Positions 15,157 through 24,047 of a DNA stretch of 52,696 nucleotides are shown piece by piece. The stretch spans positions 1 to 52,696 of IMG/VR virus record IMGVR_UViG_3300048091_000193; one strand, 5' to 3'. A model generated the notes under the pieces. That model saw only the letters and a program-made list of their open reading frames with translations, was not told where the DNA came from and searched no databases. The stretch comes from a virus (lineage: Duplodnaviria; Heunggongvirae; Uroviricota; Caudoviricetes). The position numbers and the translations under genes were made by a program. Each line of letters opens with the position of its first letter. The first letter of the stretch is position 1.

Positions 15157-15847
15157 TGTCTCCAAGCTGCCGATCGAGGTCTGGGATATCACCCGGCTCA
15201 TTCCGCATCCGCAGAACGCTAAGAAGCACCCCGACGACAAGACCAAGCTGCTGTCGAAGTCGATCCAGCGCATCGGCATAGCCAATCCGATCCAGGTCGA
15301 ACCGCCCATCTATGCCGACGGCGAGACCAACCCAGAGCCTGGCCTGATCATCGCAGGCCACGGGCGCCGGCTCGCTGCGCTCGATGCTGCCTGGGCCAAG
15401 GTGCCGGTGATCGTGCGCCACGACCTGACCAAGCTGGAATGCGCCGCGCTGCGCATCGCCGACAACACCACGGTTTCGAACGATTACGACACCGAGCTGA
15501 TGAAGATGGAGATCAACCTGCTCGGCGACGGCGGGTTCGAGCTCGATGCCATAGGCTTCGACGACAAGCAGCTGCAAACCATGGTCGACGACTTCGGCGA
15601 TCTGGATAACGACGTCTTCGTCGAAGACATCGGCCAGGCCGTGGAGACCCAGAAGACCGAGAACGTTGCGGCAGCGGCTGCGATCGACCAGTCGGCGGCG
15701 CCGATCGGCGATGCCCTGGGCTTCAAGCGCGTCACCGTCGAGCAGAGCCGCAAGATCCGCGAGCTCATGGATGCGGCCGCGGGCAAGTTCACCGGGCTGA
15801 ACAAGAGCCCCGCCGAGATCCTGATCGCTGTGCTGGAGGACTATTGA
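15140..15847 (+). CDS. ParB/Sulfiredoxin N-terminal-domain protein 2
   Basis: LIPHPQNAKKH, SIQRIGIANPI, IIAGHGRRLAA, LRIADN. Confidence 0.85.
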   Translation: MTTTIDVSKLPIEVWDITRLIPHPQNAKKHPDDKTKLLSKSIQRIGIANPIQVEPPIYADGETNPEPGLIIAGHGRRLAALDAAWAKVPVIVRHDLTKLECAALRIADNTTVSNDYDTELMKMEINLLGDGGFELDAIGFDDKQLQTMVDDFGDLDNDVFVEDIGQAVETQKTENVAAAAAIDQSAAPIGDALGFKRVTVEQSRKIRELMDAAAGKFTGLNKSPAEILIAVLEDY

Positions 15848-16200
15848 TGGCTGAGATTATCAACGCCTTCGGGCGCAAGGCTGGCGATCCGCTGCCCGTC
15901 AGCGAACCGGTCAAGATCAAGGTCTGCAGCGCATCGTTGACGCTTATCAAGGAGCTCACGCGCCTGGTCGAAGCCGGCGAGGTGCGTAATCTGTGCGCTA
16001 TCGGTGTCAGTGACGGGCGCCCCGTCGCGGCATTCGGTATCCATACCCAGGAATTCAGCGAAATGGCGCTGCTTAGCGTCGCCGCGGACAGTCTGAAGGA
16101 GCGCCTGCGCGACATCATCGGTCAATTCCGGTCCGCCGTTCAGACCATCGAAGATGGCGACGACGATATGTATGACGGCGACGAGGATCAACCCTCGTGA
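15847..16200 (+). CDS. Hypothetical protein
   Basis: Coupled on both sides; acidic tail. Confidence 0.6.
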   Translation: MAEIINAFGRKAGDPLPVSEPVKIKVCSASLTLIKELTRLVEAGEVRNLCAIGVSDGRPVAAFGIHTQEFSEMALLSVAADSLKERLRDIIGQFRSAVQTIEDGDDDMYDGDEDQPS

Positions 16201-16907
16201 AATACATCATCGACAAGCGCTTCAATACCTCGGTTGAGCGCACGCCCCGCGTTCTCGAGGTTGCCGAAGGCTTCGGCCTGGGCCTGACCGACAAGGAATT
16301 CGTCATCTACGACAATTTCGAGGTCGAGGTGATGCCGGGCGATGTCATCTATGTCACCGGGCAGTCCGGATCCGGCAAGTCGCTGATCCTCAACGAGATG
16401 GCGCGGCAGATGGCCGACGAGGGCCTGCGCGTCGCCGATCTGAACAAGCTCGACCTGCCGAACAAGCCGGTCATCGAATGCGTCGGCGAGACGACCACCC
16501 AGGCTGCGGATCTGCTGGCGAAAGCTGGGATCTCGGACGCCTATATCTACCTGCGCAAGCCGTCGGAGCTGTCGGACGGGCAGCGTTATCGCCTGAAGCT
16601 TGCCATTCTGATGGGCATGCCGGCCGATGTCTGGGTCGCTGATGAATTCGGCGCCATTCTCGACCGTGTCACCGCGAAATGCGTCGCCTTCAACATGCAG
16701 AAGGTCGCCCGCGCGCTCGGCAAGACCCTCATTGTCGCCACCACGCACACCGATCTGAAGGACGAACTAGGTCCGTCGCTGACGATCACCAAGCGGTTCC
16801 GCCAGAAGATGGAGCTCGATCGCGCCATCGCCGAGATCGTGCCGCCCGTCGAGAGCGGGCCTTTCACTCGCTCGGTCGTCGAGACCGGGGAGGTGGAACG
16901 TGTTTGA
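16197..16907 (+). CDS. Stand-alone ABC-type ATPase (COG2401-like N-terminal part)
   Basis: Walker A GQSGSGKS, signature LSDGQRYR, Walker B WVADEF, H-loop VATTH; no permease nearby. Confidence 0.85.
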   Translation: MKYIIDKRFNTSVERTPRVLEVAEGFGLGLTDKEFVIYDNFEVEVMPGDVIYVTGQSGSGKSLILNEMARQMADEGLRVADLNKLDLPNKPVIECVGETTTQAADLLAKAGISDAYIYLRKPSELSDGQRYRLKLAILMGMPADVWVADEFGAILDRVTAKCVAFNMQKVARALGKTLIVATTHTDLKDELGPSLTITKRFRQKMELDRAIAEIVPPVESGPFTRSVVETGEVERV

Positions 16908-17031
16908 TCGCATGTCCTCCGCCGGCGTGTTCCTGGCTTTTCTGCTGCTGGTCGCCACCTGGGGCGGGCTGGTCTATGTGATGCGTGAGGACACGGCCGC
17001 GCCGCCGGTGATCGATCGGGTGATCCATTGA
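16900..17031 (+). CDS. Small single-pass membrane protein (43 aa, not in ORF track)
   Basis: GTG start after GGAGG; MFDRMSSAGVFLAFLLLVATWGGLVYVMRED...; overlaps both neighbours. Confidence 0.5.
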   Translation: MFDRMSSAGVFLAFLLLVATWGGLVYVMREDTAAPPVIDRVIH

Positions 17032-17942
17032 TCTCAGGGAGCGTCACTGGTGCGTCCGAAGACCCGAGTGCATACGACACGCTTGTAGAGCGTGCGGACG
17101 CACCACGACCCCGTTTCTCGCTGCTCGACAGCATGATTGTCGAGCGGGGCACCAAAGCTGACTGGGATCTGCTGCACGATCTGCACTACAAGGCCGAAAA
17201 CCTGCCGATCGGGCCGCGTTTCTGGAAGCTGACGCTCTACGGCGAGACCATCGGCGTGCTCGTGACCGCGAACCCGAAGGGGCTTTTGAAGGAGCGCCAC
17301 ATCGCGTTCCCGAAGATCAAGCCCAAGGGGTCCGACGGCAAGATCCAGAACACCTATCGCTACGTCTTCATCAACAAGAACTTCCGCGTCATCTCGCGTT
17401 TCGTGGTCGACACCATGTATCGCGGCATCGGCGCCGGCTACCGGATGATGAACCTGGTCTCGCGCATGGAGGGCAACACCTTCATGGAGATCCAGTCCTC
17501 GATGTCGAAATTCAACCTGTTCGGTCAGAAGGCAGGCTTCCGCTTCGTCAAGCCGATGAACGCCAACAAGTATGAGGCGGGGCTCAAGTTCTTCCGGACC
17601 AACTTCGCGAGCTCGCCGCAAGACTTCGAGGCGATCCTGGCGGAGCTCGAGTCCAAGGACCAGGCCGGACGCGATCGGCTGCTGCAGGAATGCAAGGACT
17701 TCTACTATCGCCATTCGGCGCTGGAGAAGACCGGCAACAACCGCGACAAGGGGCAGGGCCGCGTCGACGGCATGGACGCCCGGACGATCATCAAGGGTAT
17801 TCAGCAGATCACCCTGGCATCGCCGATGTATGGCATCTGGAAGAACCCGGATGCCGGACGCCCAGTCCCACAGCGGCTGCCGCTCACGGCATTCGAGAAG
17901 CAGGGTCCCAACGAGCCGTCGAACCTGGTCGGCCTGGAATGA
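17028..17942 (+). CDS. GNAT-fold acetyltransferase-like protein (COG2401-like C-terminal part)
   Basis: ISRFVVDTMYRGIGAGYRMM resembles the acetyl-CoA binding motif A; LHDLHY N-terminal motif. Confidence 0.7.
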   Translation: MISGSVTGASEDPSAYDTLVERADAPRPRFSLLDSMIVERGTKADWDLLHDLHYKAENLPIGPRFWKLTLYGETIGVLVTANPKGLLKERHIAFPKIKPKGSDGKIQNTYRYVFINKNFRVISRFVVDTMYRGIGAGYRMMNLVSRMEGNTFMEIQSSMSKFNLFGQKAGFRFVKPMNANKYEAGLKFFRTNFASSPQDFEAILAELESKDQAGRDRLLQECKDFYYRHSALEKTGNNRDKGQGRVDGMDARTIIKGIQQITLASPMYGIWKNPDAGRPVPQRLPLTAFEKQGPNEPSNLVGLE

Positions 17943-18199
17943 CCAGTATCTTCGCCTCGACCGCAAAGCAGACCGAGATCATGACCATCGTCTGCGCGGC
18001 GTCATCGCGCGGGGCGGAGATTTCGACCGGCGATCTGAGGGCTGCCCTGAGCTGGGCGCCGAAGCTTGCCGCTTTCCACTGTTCGCTGAAGTTCCTCAAG
18101 GACCACGGCATGCTTGTGGTTGAGAATCACGGCCGCAATGGTGGCACCGTGAGGCCGACTACTGCCGGATATGCCTTGTTCAAGCCGAAGCCAGTCTAA
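17939..18199 (+). CDS. Small winged-helix protein (86 aa)
   Basis: ATGA overlap; MTSIFASTAKQTEIMTIV...SLKFLKDHGML...VRPTTAG follows a helix-helix-wing pattern. Confidence 0.6.
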   Translation: MTSIFASTAKQTEIMTIVCAASSRGAEISTGDLRAALSWAPKLAAFHCSLKFLKDHGMLVVENHGRNGGTVRPTTAGYALFKPKPV

Positions 18200-18213
18200 T
18201 CCCGGAATTCCGG

Positions 18214-18277
18214 GTCCTCGCTTCGTCTATATAAACACTATCTCTAATAGTTAGTAGTTAAGAGACGAAGCGAGGAC
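18214..18277. promoter_or_regulatory. Twin hairpin element, copy 2
   Basis: 15-bp inverted repeat GTCCTCGCTTCGTCT/AGACGAAGCGAGGAC around a 34-nt AT-rich loop, just upstream of the small terminase. Confidence 0.65.
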
Positions 18278-18302
18278 TTGGAAATCTCCGGGACAAAGGA
18301 TA

Positions 18303-18320
18303 TAAGTCAATACTGAATGA
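18303..18320. repeat. 18-bp palindrome family (degenerate copy)
   Basis: TAAGTCA-ATAC-TGAATGA upstream of terS. Confidence 0.65.
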
Positions 18321-18326
18321 TAAAAG

Positions 18327-18986
18327 ATGCCTGATCCAGACGATGAAAATAGCTCCGGCCCGGAGAAAAAGCGACTTTCGCCAGAGGATTGGCGCGAGAT
18401 CGAGGTTCATTGGGAATGGGGCACCATGCGGACCAAGGAGATCTGCTCGAAGTGGGGCATCACTCCGTCCGCGGTCGCGCAGCATTTCGAACGTCTGAAG
18501 AAGGCCGGCACGCCGATCGTCAAGGGTGCCAAGAAGATCGAGCTCCAGAAGCAGGCCGCGGCGCGGGTCGCCGGCGGGGCCGCGGTTCAGACCGCAAACA
18601 AGGTCATCTCGGAATTCGAGAGCAAGCGCAAGGACCGCATCGAGCAGGTCAAGGAGATGGCCTACCGCTCCTCGATGAGCGTGAAGCAGCAGTTTGCGAA
18701 GGTTCAGAAGGAGATCGCCGACGGCGCCCGCACCCTGGAGGGCTCCTACAATGCCTTCAAGTCGCTGCGCATGGCCGAGGCCTTCCTGAAGCTGAACAAG
18801 GACAACCTCTACGACGTCCTGGATATCGCGACCGACGTCGACGACCGCGACCTGCCGACGCTGGTGTTCGAGGATCTCACCGAGACCGAGATTCTGGCGA
18901 TCCAGGCCGGCGAGGATGAATTCGACGACGATATCGAGCTGCCTGATGCGCCGGACGATGACGACATCATTGAGGACAAGGCGTGA
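18327..18986 (+). CDS. terS: Terminase small subunit (putative)
   Basis: N-terminal HTH (KEICSKWGITPSAVAQHF), acidic tail, coupled to terL. Confidence 0.65.
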   Translation: MPDPDDENSSGPEKKRLSPEDWREIEVHWEWGTMRTKEICSKWGITPSAVAQHFERLKKAGTPIVKGAKKIELQKQAAARVAGGAAVQTANKVISEFESKRKDRIEQVKEMAYRSSMSVKQQFAKVQKEIADGARTLEGSYNAFKSLRMAEAFLKLNKDNLYDVLDIATDVDDRDLPTLVFEDLTETEILAIQAGEDEFDDDIELPDAPDDDDIIEDKA

Positions 18987-20266
18987 CCACCCATCGTCAC
19001 GTCCTGAAGATGCACGGCAAACAGCGCGAGGTCTTCCAGGATCCGCACCGGTTCAAGTGCGTCGTCGCCGGACGTCGTTGGGGTAAGACCCAGCTTTCCA
19101 AGCTGAAGATCTGCAAAGCCGCGACCAAGGCCAAGCAGCTGATCTGGTATGTCGCGCCGACCTACGCGATGGCGCGCGGCATTCTGTGGGAGGAGCTGAA
19201 GGACGCGATCCCGCGTAAGTGGGTCCATTCCTACAACGAAACCCGCATGACCATCCGGCTGCACAATGGCACCCGGATCGAGCTCAAGGGCGCCGACAAG
19301 CCCGACACCCTGCGCGGCGTCGGTCTGAACCTGCTGATCATCGACGAAGCGCAGGATATCAAGCCCGACACCTGGTATAAGGTGTTGCGTCCGACGCTCG
19401 CCTCGACGCGCGGCGAAGCCATCATCATCGGCACGCCGAAGTCCTTCAACTGGCTCTACGACGTCTACATGCTGGGTCAGCAGGGCGAGACGATCGAGAT
19501 CACAAAGGGTCGGAACAAGGGCCGGCGGCGCCCGAACCCCTGGAAGTCCTGGCAGTTCCCGACCATCACCTCGCCATTCATCCCCAAGGGTGAAATCGAG
19601 GCGGCGCGCGCCGACATGGACGAAAAGTCGTTCCGCCAGGAATTCGAGGCGTCGTTCGAGACGATGTCCGGCCGCGTCTATTACACCTTCGATCGCAAGG
19701 TTCACGTCGGGCAGTATCCGTTCAATCCGAGGCTCCCGATCTGGGTTGGCCAGGACTTCAACATCGACCCAATGTCGTCGGTCATCATGCAGCCCCAGCC
19801 GAACGGGGAAGTGTGGATCGTCGACGAGGTGGTGCTGCGCGGCTCGAACACGCAGGAGACCGCGGACGAGCTCTCCCGGCGATATTTCAAATGGCAGAAG
19901 CAGACCGTCATCTATCCAGATCCGGCCGGCGCGCAGCGATCGACCAAGGGCCGCGGCGAGTCCGACATCGATATTCTCAAGGATGCCGGCTTCAAGTGGA
20001 TCAAGGTTCGCCGCAAGCATCCGAAGATCGCCGATCGCGTCAACGCGGTGAACCGCATGTTCAAGGCGGCCGACGGCACGGTCCGGATGCGGATCGACTC
20101 GACCTGCAAAAAGACGATCGAGGCCTTCGAGCAAACGACCTACAAGGAAAACACCCGCGAGGTCGACAAGACCAAGAACATCGAGCACGCCGCGGACGCC
20201 TGCGGCTATTGCATCGACATTGAATTCCCGTGGAAGGACAAGACCGCGTTCGGCATCTCTATCTAG
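18983..20266 (+). CDS. terL: Terminase large subunit
   Basis: AGRRWGKT Walker A, LLIIDEAQ Walker B, GTPKSFN, FRQEFEASF, GQDFNIDP and HAADA nuclease acidic residues. Confidence 0.95.
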   Translation: MTTHRHVLKMHGKQREVFQDPHRFKCVVAGRRWGKTQLSKLKICKAATKAKQLIWYVAPTYAMARGILWEELKDAIPRKWVHSYNETRMTIRLHNGTRIELKGADKPDTLRGVGLNLLIIDEAQDIKPDTWYKVLRPTLASTRGEAIIIGTPKSFNWLYDVYMLGQQGETIEITKGRNKGRRRPNPWKSWQFPTITSPFIPKGEIEAARADMDEKSFRQEFEASFETMSGRVYYTFDRKVHVGQYPFNPRLPIWVGQDFNIDPMSSVIMQPQPNGEVWIVDEVVLRGSNTQETADELSRRYFKWQKQTVIYPDPAGAQRSTKGRGESDIDILKDAGFKWIKVRRKHPKIADRVNAVNRMFKAADGTVRMRIDSTCKKTIEAFEQTTYKENTREVDKTKNIEHAADACGYCIDIEFPWKDKTAFGISI

Positions 20267-20275
20267 GCTTGATTA

Positions 20276-20293
20276 TAAGTCAGTTCTGACTTA
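20276..20293. repeat. 18-bp palindrome family (extends to 13-bp arms, 20271-20298)
   Basis: GATTATAAGTCAG-TT-CTGACTTATAATC between terL and portal. Confidence 0.9.
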
Positions 20294-20328
20294 TAATCTG
20301 GGATCGCTTTCCCGTTCGGTGACCCGTT

Positions 20329-21891
20329 TTGGCTGATCAGAAGACCCTCAAGAAGTTCCTGGAGCGCCGTCATCCCGATTACAAGCGGATGGCGGGCCAC
20401 TGGCGTTTCCTGGAAGCCACCTATGAGGGTGGCCGCGACTGGTTCGAATGCGGCAACATCTTCCGCTACATCAAGGAAGGCGACAAGGAATACAAGGAGC
20501 GCGTCGAGCGCGCCTATCGCTTCAACCATACGCGCGAGGTCACGGATCTCGTCCAGAAATACATCTTCAAGTCGCCGATCATCCGTGATGACACCGACGC
20601 TCCGCTCGAAATAAAGACGTTCTGGGAGAATGCCACGCTGTCGGGGCTCGACGTCAACCAGTTCATGAAGCTGGTCTCGACCGAATCCTCCAAGCTCGGG
20701 CGCTGCTATGTCGTGGTCGATACGACCATGCCGGCTGTCGAAACGACCGGCGCTCCTATTTCCAAGGCCCAGGCAAGGGCGATCAAGGCGCGCGCCTACG
20801 CCTATATCGTCAGCCCGCTCGACGTCCTCGATATCGGTTTCGACGAGCAGGGCGACATGACATGGGTTCTGATCCGCGAGCGTGTCCGTGACGACGCTGA
20901 TCCGATCAATTCGACCGGCGCCTGCTATGAGCAGTTCCGGCTCTGGACCAAGACCTATCATCAACTGTTCACCGTCGAGCTGCGCAAGAACGATATTTTC
21001 GTTGTGCCTGGGCCGCAGGTGCCGCATGCCGTCGGCACCGTGCCGGTGTTCGCCGTGGACCACGTCATCGGTGACAACAAGTATTCGGCGCCGGCCCTGA
21101 TCAACGACATCGCGTATCTCGACCGCGCCGCGGCGAACTACCTGTCGAACCTCGACGCCATCATTCAGGATCAGACCTTCTCGCAGCTGGTTATGCCGGC
21201 GCAGGGCCTGATGCCCGGTGAGGACAAATACAATGCTCTGATCGAAATGGGCACCAAGCGGATCTTTGCCTATGACGGCGAGGGCGGCGCGAAGCCGGAA
21301 TACATCTCCCCGGACGTCAAGCAGGCCCAGCTGATCATCACGGTGATCAACAAGATCATCACCGAAATCTATCACACCATCGGCATGGCCGGTGAGCGCA
21401 CGAAGACCGACAACGGCATGGGCATCGACAATTCGTCGGGTGTCGCCAAGGCCTACGACTTCGAGCGCATGAACTCCCTTCTCACGTCCAAGGCCGACTC
21501 CCTGGAGAATGCCGAGAATAAGCTCATTAATCTCGTCATGGCCTGGAATGCCAAGAAGGCTCCCGAAAAGGAGCTCGTGAAATACCCGGACACGTTCGAC
21601 GTCCGGTCCCTGTTCGATGAATTCACGATCGCCGAGAGACTGGCGCTTGTGGACGCACCGGACACCCTGCGTCAGGAGCAAATGAAGCAGGTGATCGAGA
21701 AGCTGTTTCCTCGGCTCGCCGAGGATCTGCGGAAGAAGATGGAGACCGATCTGAAATCGTGGCCGCCGAAGCTTGAAGATCTCGCGACGACGGTCGCGGG
21801 TGGGAGCAAGCAGCCGACGATCCCCGCAAAGGGACCGAAACCCGCCGCGTCCAAGCGCCAAGGACAGGTGACCAAAACTACCGGGCAATAA
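20329..21891 (+). CDS. Portal protein
   Basis: 520 aa immediately after terL; SGVAKAYDF motif typical of SPP1-like portals. Confidence 0.85.
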   Translation: MADQKTLKKFLERRHPDYKRMAGHWRFLEATYEGGRDWFECGNIFRYIKEGDKEYKERVERAYRFNHTREVTDLVQKYIFKSPIIRDDTDAPLEIKTFWENATLSGLDVNQFMKLVSTESSKLGRCYVVVDTTMPAVETTGAPISKAQARAIKARAYAYIVSPLDVLDIGFDEQGDMTWVLIRERVRDDADPINSTGACYEQFRLWTKTYHQLFTVELRKNDIFVVPGPQVPHAVGTVPVFAVDHVIGDNKYSAPALINDIAYLDRAAANYLSNLDAIIQDQTFSQLVMPAQGLMPGEDKYNALIEMGTKRIFAYDGEGGAKPEYISPDVKQAQLIITVINKIITEIYHTIGMAGERTKTDNGMGIDNSSGVAKAYDFERMNSLLTSKADSLENAENKLINLVMAWNAKKAPEKELVKYPDTFDVRSLFDEFTIAERLALVDAPDTLRQEQMKQVIEKLFPRLAEDLRKKMETDLKSWPPKLEDLATTVAGGSKQPTIPAKGPKPAASKRQGQVTKTTGQ

Positions 21892-21955
21892 TGCCCAAAT
21901 GGGAAGCCGAGAAACTGTGCGACCCAACCACCCCGTAGACCGAGAGACTGGATCT

Positions 21956-22957
21956 ATGAATACGCGTTCGACCACTGCACTGACCCCGATGATTGCCGGC
22001 CCGGCGCCGCGCGACCATTACATCACCTTCCCGATCGCCGGCATGCGTCTGTTGGACGGCGAAAGCGAAGCCGATAAGGCCACTCGTCTGGCTGCTGAAG
22101 CCGAGACCGCCCGTCTCGCCAAGGAAGCTTCCGACGCAGCTGCGGCCGAAGCTGCTCGCATCCAGAAGGAAAAGGACGACGCCGAAGCCGCTGATGCGGC
22201 CGAGAAGGCCCGCCTGGCCCAGGAGCGCAAAGACGGCAAGCTCACCGACAAGGAATTCGAACTTCTCACCGACGCCATGAAGCACAAGGCGACCGCGCGT
22301 GCCGCTGCGCGCCTGGCCGACGAAGCAACTGCCAAGCTGAAGGCGTTCGAAGGCATCGATCCGGCGAAGATTCGCGACCTGATCAAGGCCGAGGAAACCG
22401 CCAAGGCTGCCCAGGTCGCCGCAGAGCTCAAGGCTGCCGAGAAGGCCGGCGACGTGGAACGCATCAAGGAAATGATGGCCGCGGAGCATACCAAGGTCGT
22501 CACCACCCTCGAAGGCACCATCAAGGACAAGGACGCCGCCCTCGACGTCGCCCAGAACACGATCAGCGATCTCACGGTCGGTGCCGCTTTCTCGAACTCG
22601 ACCTATATCAAGGACGAGCTCGTGCTGACGCCGCAGATCGCGCGCCAGGTCTACAGCTCCTACTTCGATGTCGTCGATCGCAAGGTTGTCGCCTATGACA
22701 AGCCGCGCGGCGAAGCAGGTCGCACCCCACTGACCGGTGCGGACGGCAAGGGCGTCGGTTTCGAAGATGCGATCAAGAAGATCGTCGAGGCGCAGCCCGA
22801 CAAGGACTCGATCCTGAAGTCGAAGCTCGGCTCCGGCGCTCAGTCGCGCACCGAGAAGGGCAACACGACCGAAAACAAGGACGGCGAGCTCAAGGGCGCG
22901 GCACGAATTGCGGCAGCATTGTCCGCAGGCGCGTTCAAAAAGGCGGCCGCGAAATAA
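21956..22957 (+). CDS. Capsid scaffolding protein
   Basis: Ala/Glu/Lys coiled-coil between portal and capsid; start placed at ATG 21956. Confidence 0.7.
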   Translation: MNTRSTTALTPMIAGPAPRDHYITFPIAGMRLLDGESEADKATRLAAEAETARLAKEASDAAAAEAARIQKEKDDAEAADAAEKARLAQERKDGKLTDKEFELLTDAMKHKATARAAARLADEATAKLKAFEGIDPAKIRDLIKAEETAKAAQVAAELKAAEKAGDVERIKEMMAAEHTKVVTTLEGTIKDKDAALDVAQNTISDLTVGAAFSNSTYIKDELVLTPQIARQVYSSYFDVVDRKVVAYDKPRGEAGRTPLTGADGKGVGFEDAIKKIVEAQPDKDSILKSKLGSGAQSRTEKGNTTENKDGELKGAARIAAALSAGAFKKAAAK

Positions 22958-22975
22958 AAAGTCAGTCTTGACTTA
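22958..22975. repeat. 18-bp palindrome family
   Basis: AAAGTCA-GTCT-TGACTTA. Confidence 0.75.
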
Positions 22976-23016
22976 AAAACTTCTTGGAAATTATATTTCG
23001 CCGGGTTACTCTATTG

Positions 23017-23034
23017 TCAGTCAATACTGACTTA
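23017..23034. repeat. 18-bp palindrome family
   Basis: TCAGTCA-ATAC-TGACTTA; second copy upstream of the capsid gene. Confidence 0.75.
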
Positions 23035-23069
23035 CAGTTTCCCGGCGATTTTTCTCTAAGGAGTTCGCA

Positions 23070-23972
23070 ATGCCGTTGCTTGAGACCGAAGCCAACAAGC
23101 TCTCGCAGGAGTTGCTTGAGCGTGGCGTCATCGAGGAGATCATCGATCGCGATGAGCTTTTCGCCCTGTTCCCGTTCAAGACCGTGAACGGCAAAGCCTA
23201 CCTCTACAATCGCGAGAAGACCCTCTCCGAAGGCGAATTCCTCGATCCCTACGAAGCTGTGCCGGAAGGCGCCGCGACGTTCGACGAGGTCACGACCCGT
23301 CTGCGCATTCTGGCTGGCGACGTCGACATGGACAAGTTCCTCCTGTCGACCCAGTCCGATTCCAACCCGCAGCTTGCGATCCAGATCGCAGCGAAGGCGA
23401 AGGCTCTGTCGCGCAAGTTCCGCCGCACCCTGGTCAACGGCAACAACGGCGTCAATTCGAAGGAATTCGACGGCCTGAAGGTGCTGACCCCGGCCGCTCA
23501 GACGCTGGTCGCTGGTGCCAACGGTGCTGCCGTCACGTTCTCGATGCTCGACGAGTTGAAGGACACCGTGAAGAACGGCGCCGACTGCTTCATGATGCGC
23601 CTGAGCACCTGGCGTGCGATCCGCGCCCTGTTGCGCGGCATGGGTGGCAACACCGCCGAGACCATCATGATCCCGAACTTCGGCAAGCCAGTGCCGGCGA
23701 TCGACGGCATGCCCGTCATCGTGAACGACTTCATCACCACGGATGAAGTGATGGGCTCCAGCTCGGCTACCACCTCCATCTACGCGATGAAGCTGGACGA
23801 GTCGGTCGGCCTCCACGGCATCGTCGGCGGCGAGGCTGCTGGCCTCAAGGTCGAGGAAATCGGCACCATCCAGAACAAGGATGCGGTCCGGTATCGCGTG
23901 AAGTGGTATGTCGGCACGGCGCTGAAGTCGACCCAGTCGATCGCTCGCCTCAAGGGTATCACCAACATTTAA
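23070..23972 (+). CDS. Major capsid protein (HK97 fold)
   Basis: 300 aa after the scaffold; MPLLETEANKLS, GDVDMDKF, EFDGL, YRVKWY; AAGGAG RBS; highly optimised codons. Confidence 0.85.
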   Translation: MPLLETEANKLSQELLERGVIEEIIDRDELFALFPFKTVNGKAYLYNREKTLSEGEFLDPYEAVPEGAATFDEVTTRLRILAGDVDMDKFLLSTQSDSNPQLAIQIAAKAKALSRKFRRTLVNGNNGVNSKEFDGLKVLTPAAQTLVAGANGAAVTFSMLDELKDTVKNGADCFMMRLSTWRAIRALLRGMGGNTAETIMIPNFGKPVPAIDGMPVIVNDFITTDEVMGSSSATTSIYAMKLDESVGLHGIVGGEAAGLKVEEIGTIQNKDAVRYRVKWYVGTALKSTQSIARLKGITNI

Positions 23973-23981
23973 GCTAGACTG

Positions 23982-23999
23982 TAAGTCAGAACTGACTTA
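23982..23999. repeat. 18-bp palindrome family
   Basis: TAAGTCA-GAAC-TGACTTA. Confidence 0.9.
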
Positions 24000-24003
24000 C
24001 ATT

Positions 24004-24030
24004 AGGGCGGGGCTCAAACCCCGCCCTTTA
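24004..24030 (+). terminator. Intrinsic terminator after capsid gene
   Basis: AGGGCGGGG-CTCAAA-CCCCGCCCT then TTA. Confidence 0.6.
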
Positions 24031-24047
24031 GCTTGTCTGGGATCTCC

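Noticed and set aside
14303-15847. ParB-like genes as the centromere-binding partner of ParA
   Set aside because: Only the ParB/Srx N-terminal domain is evident, with no HTH; ParA already has a coupled RHH partner.
16197-16907. ABC transporter
   Set aside because: No multi-pass permease or binding protein nearby; the partner is a GNAT-like gene.
20271-20298. 28-bp near-perfect palindrome as a protelomerase (telRL) site
   Set aside because: It is an extended member of the dispersed family and lies between terL and portal; no protelomerase gene in the window.
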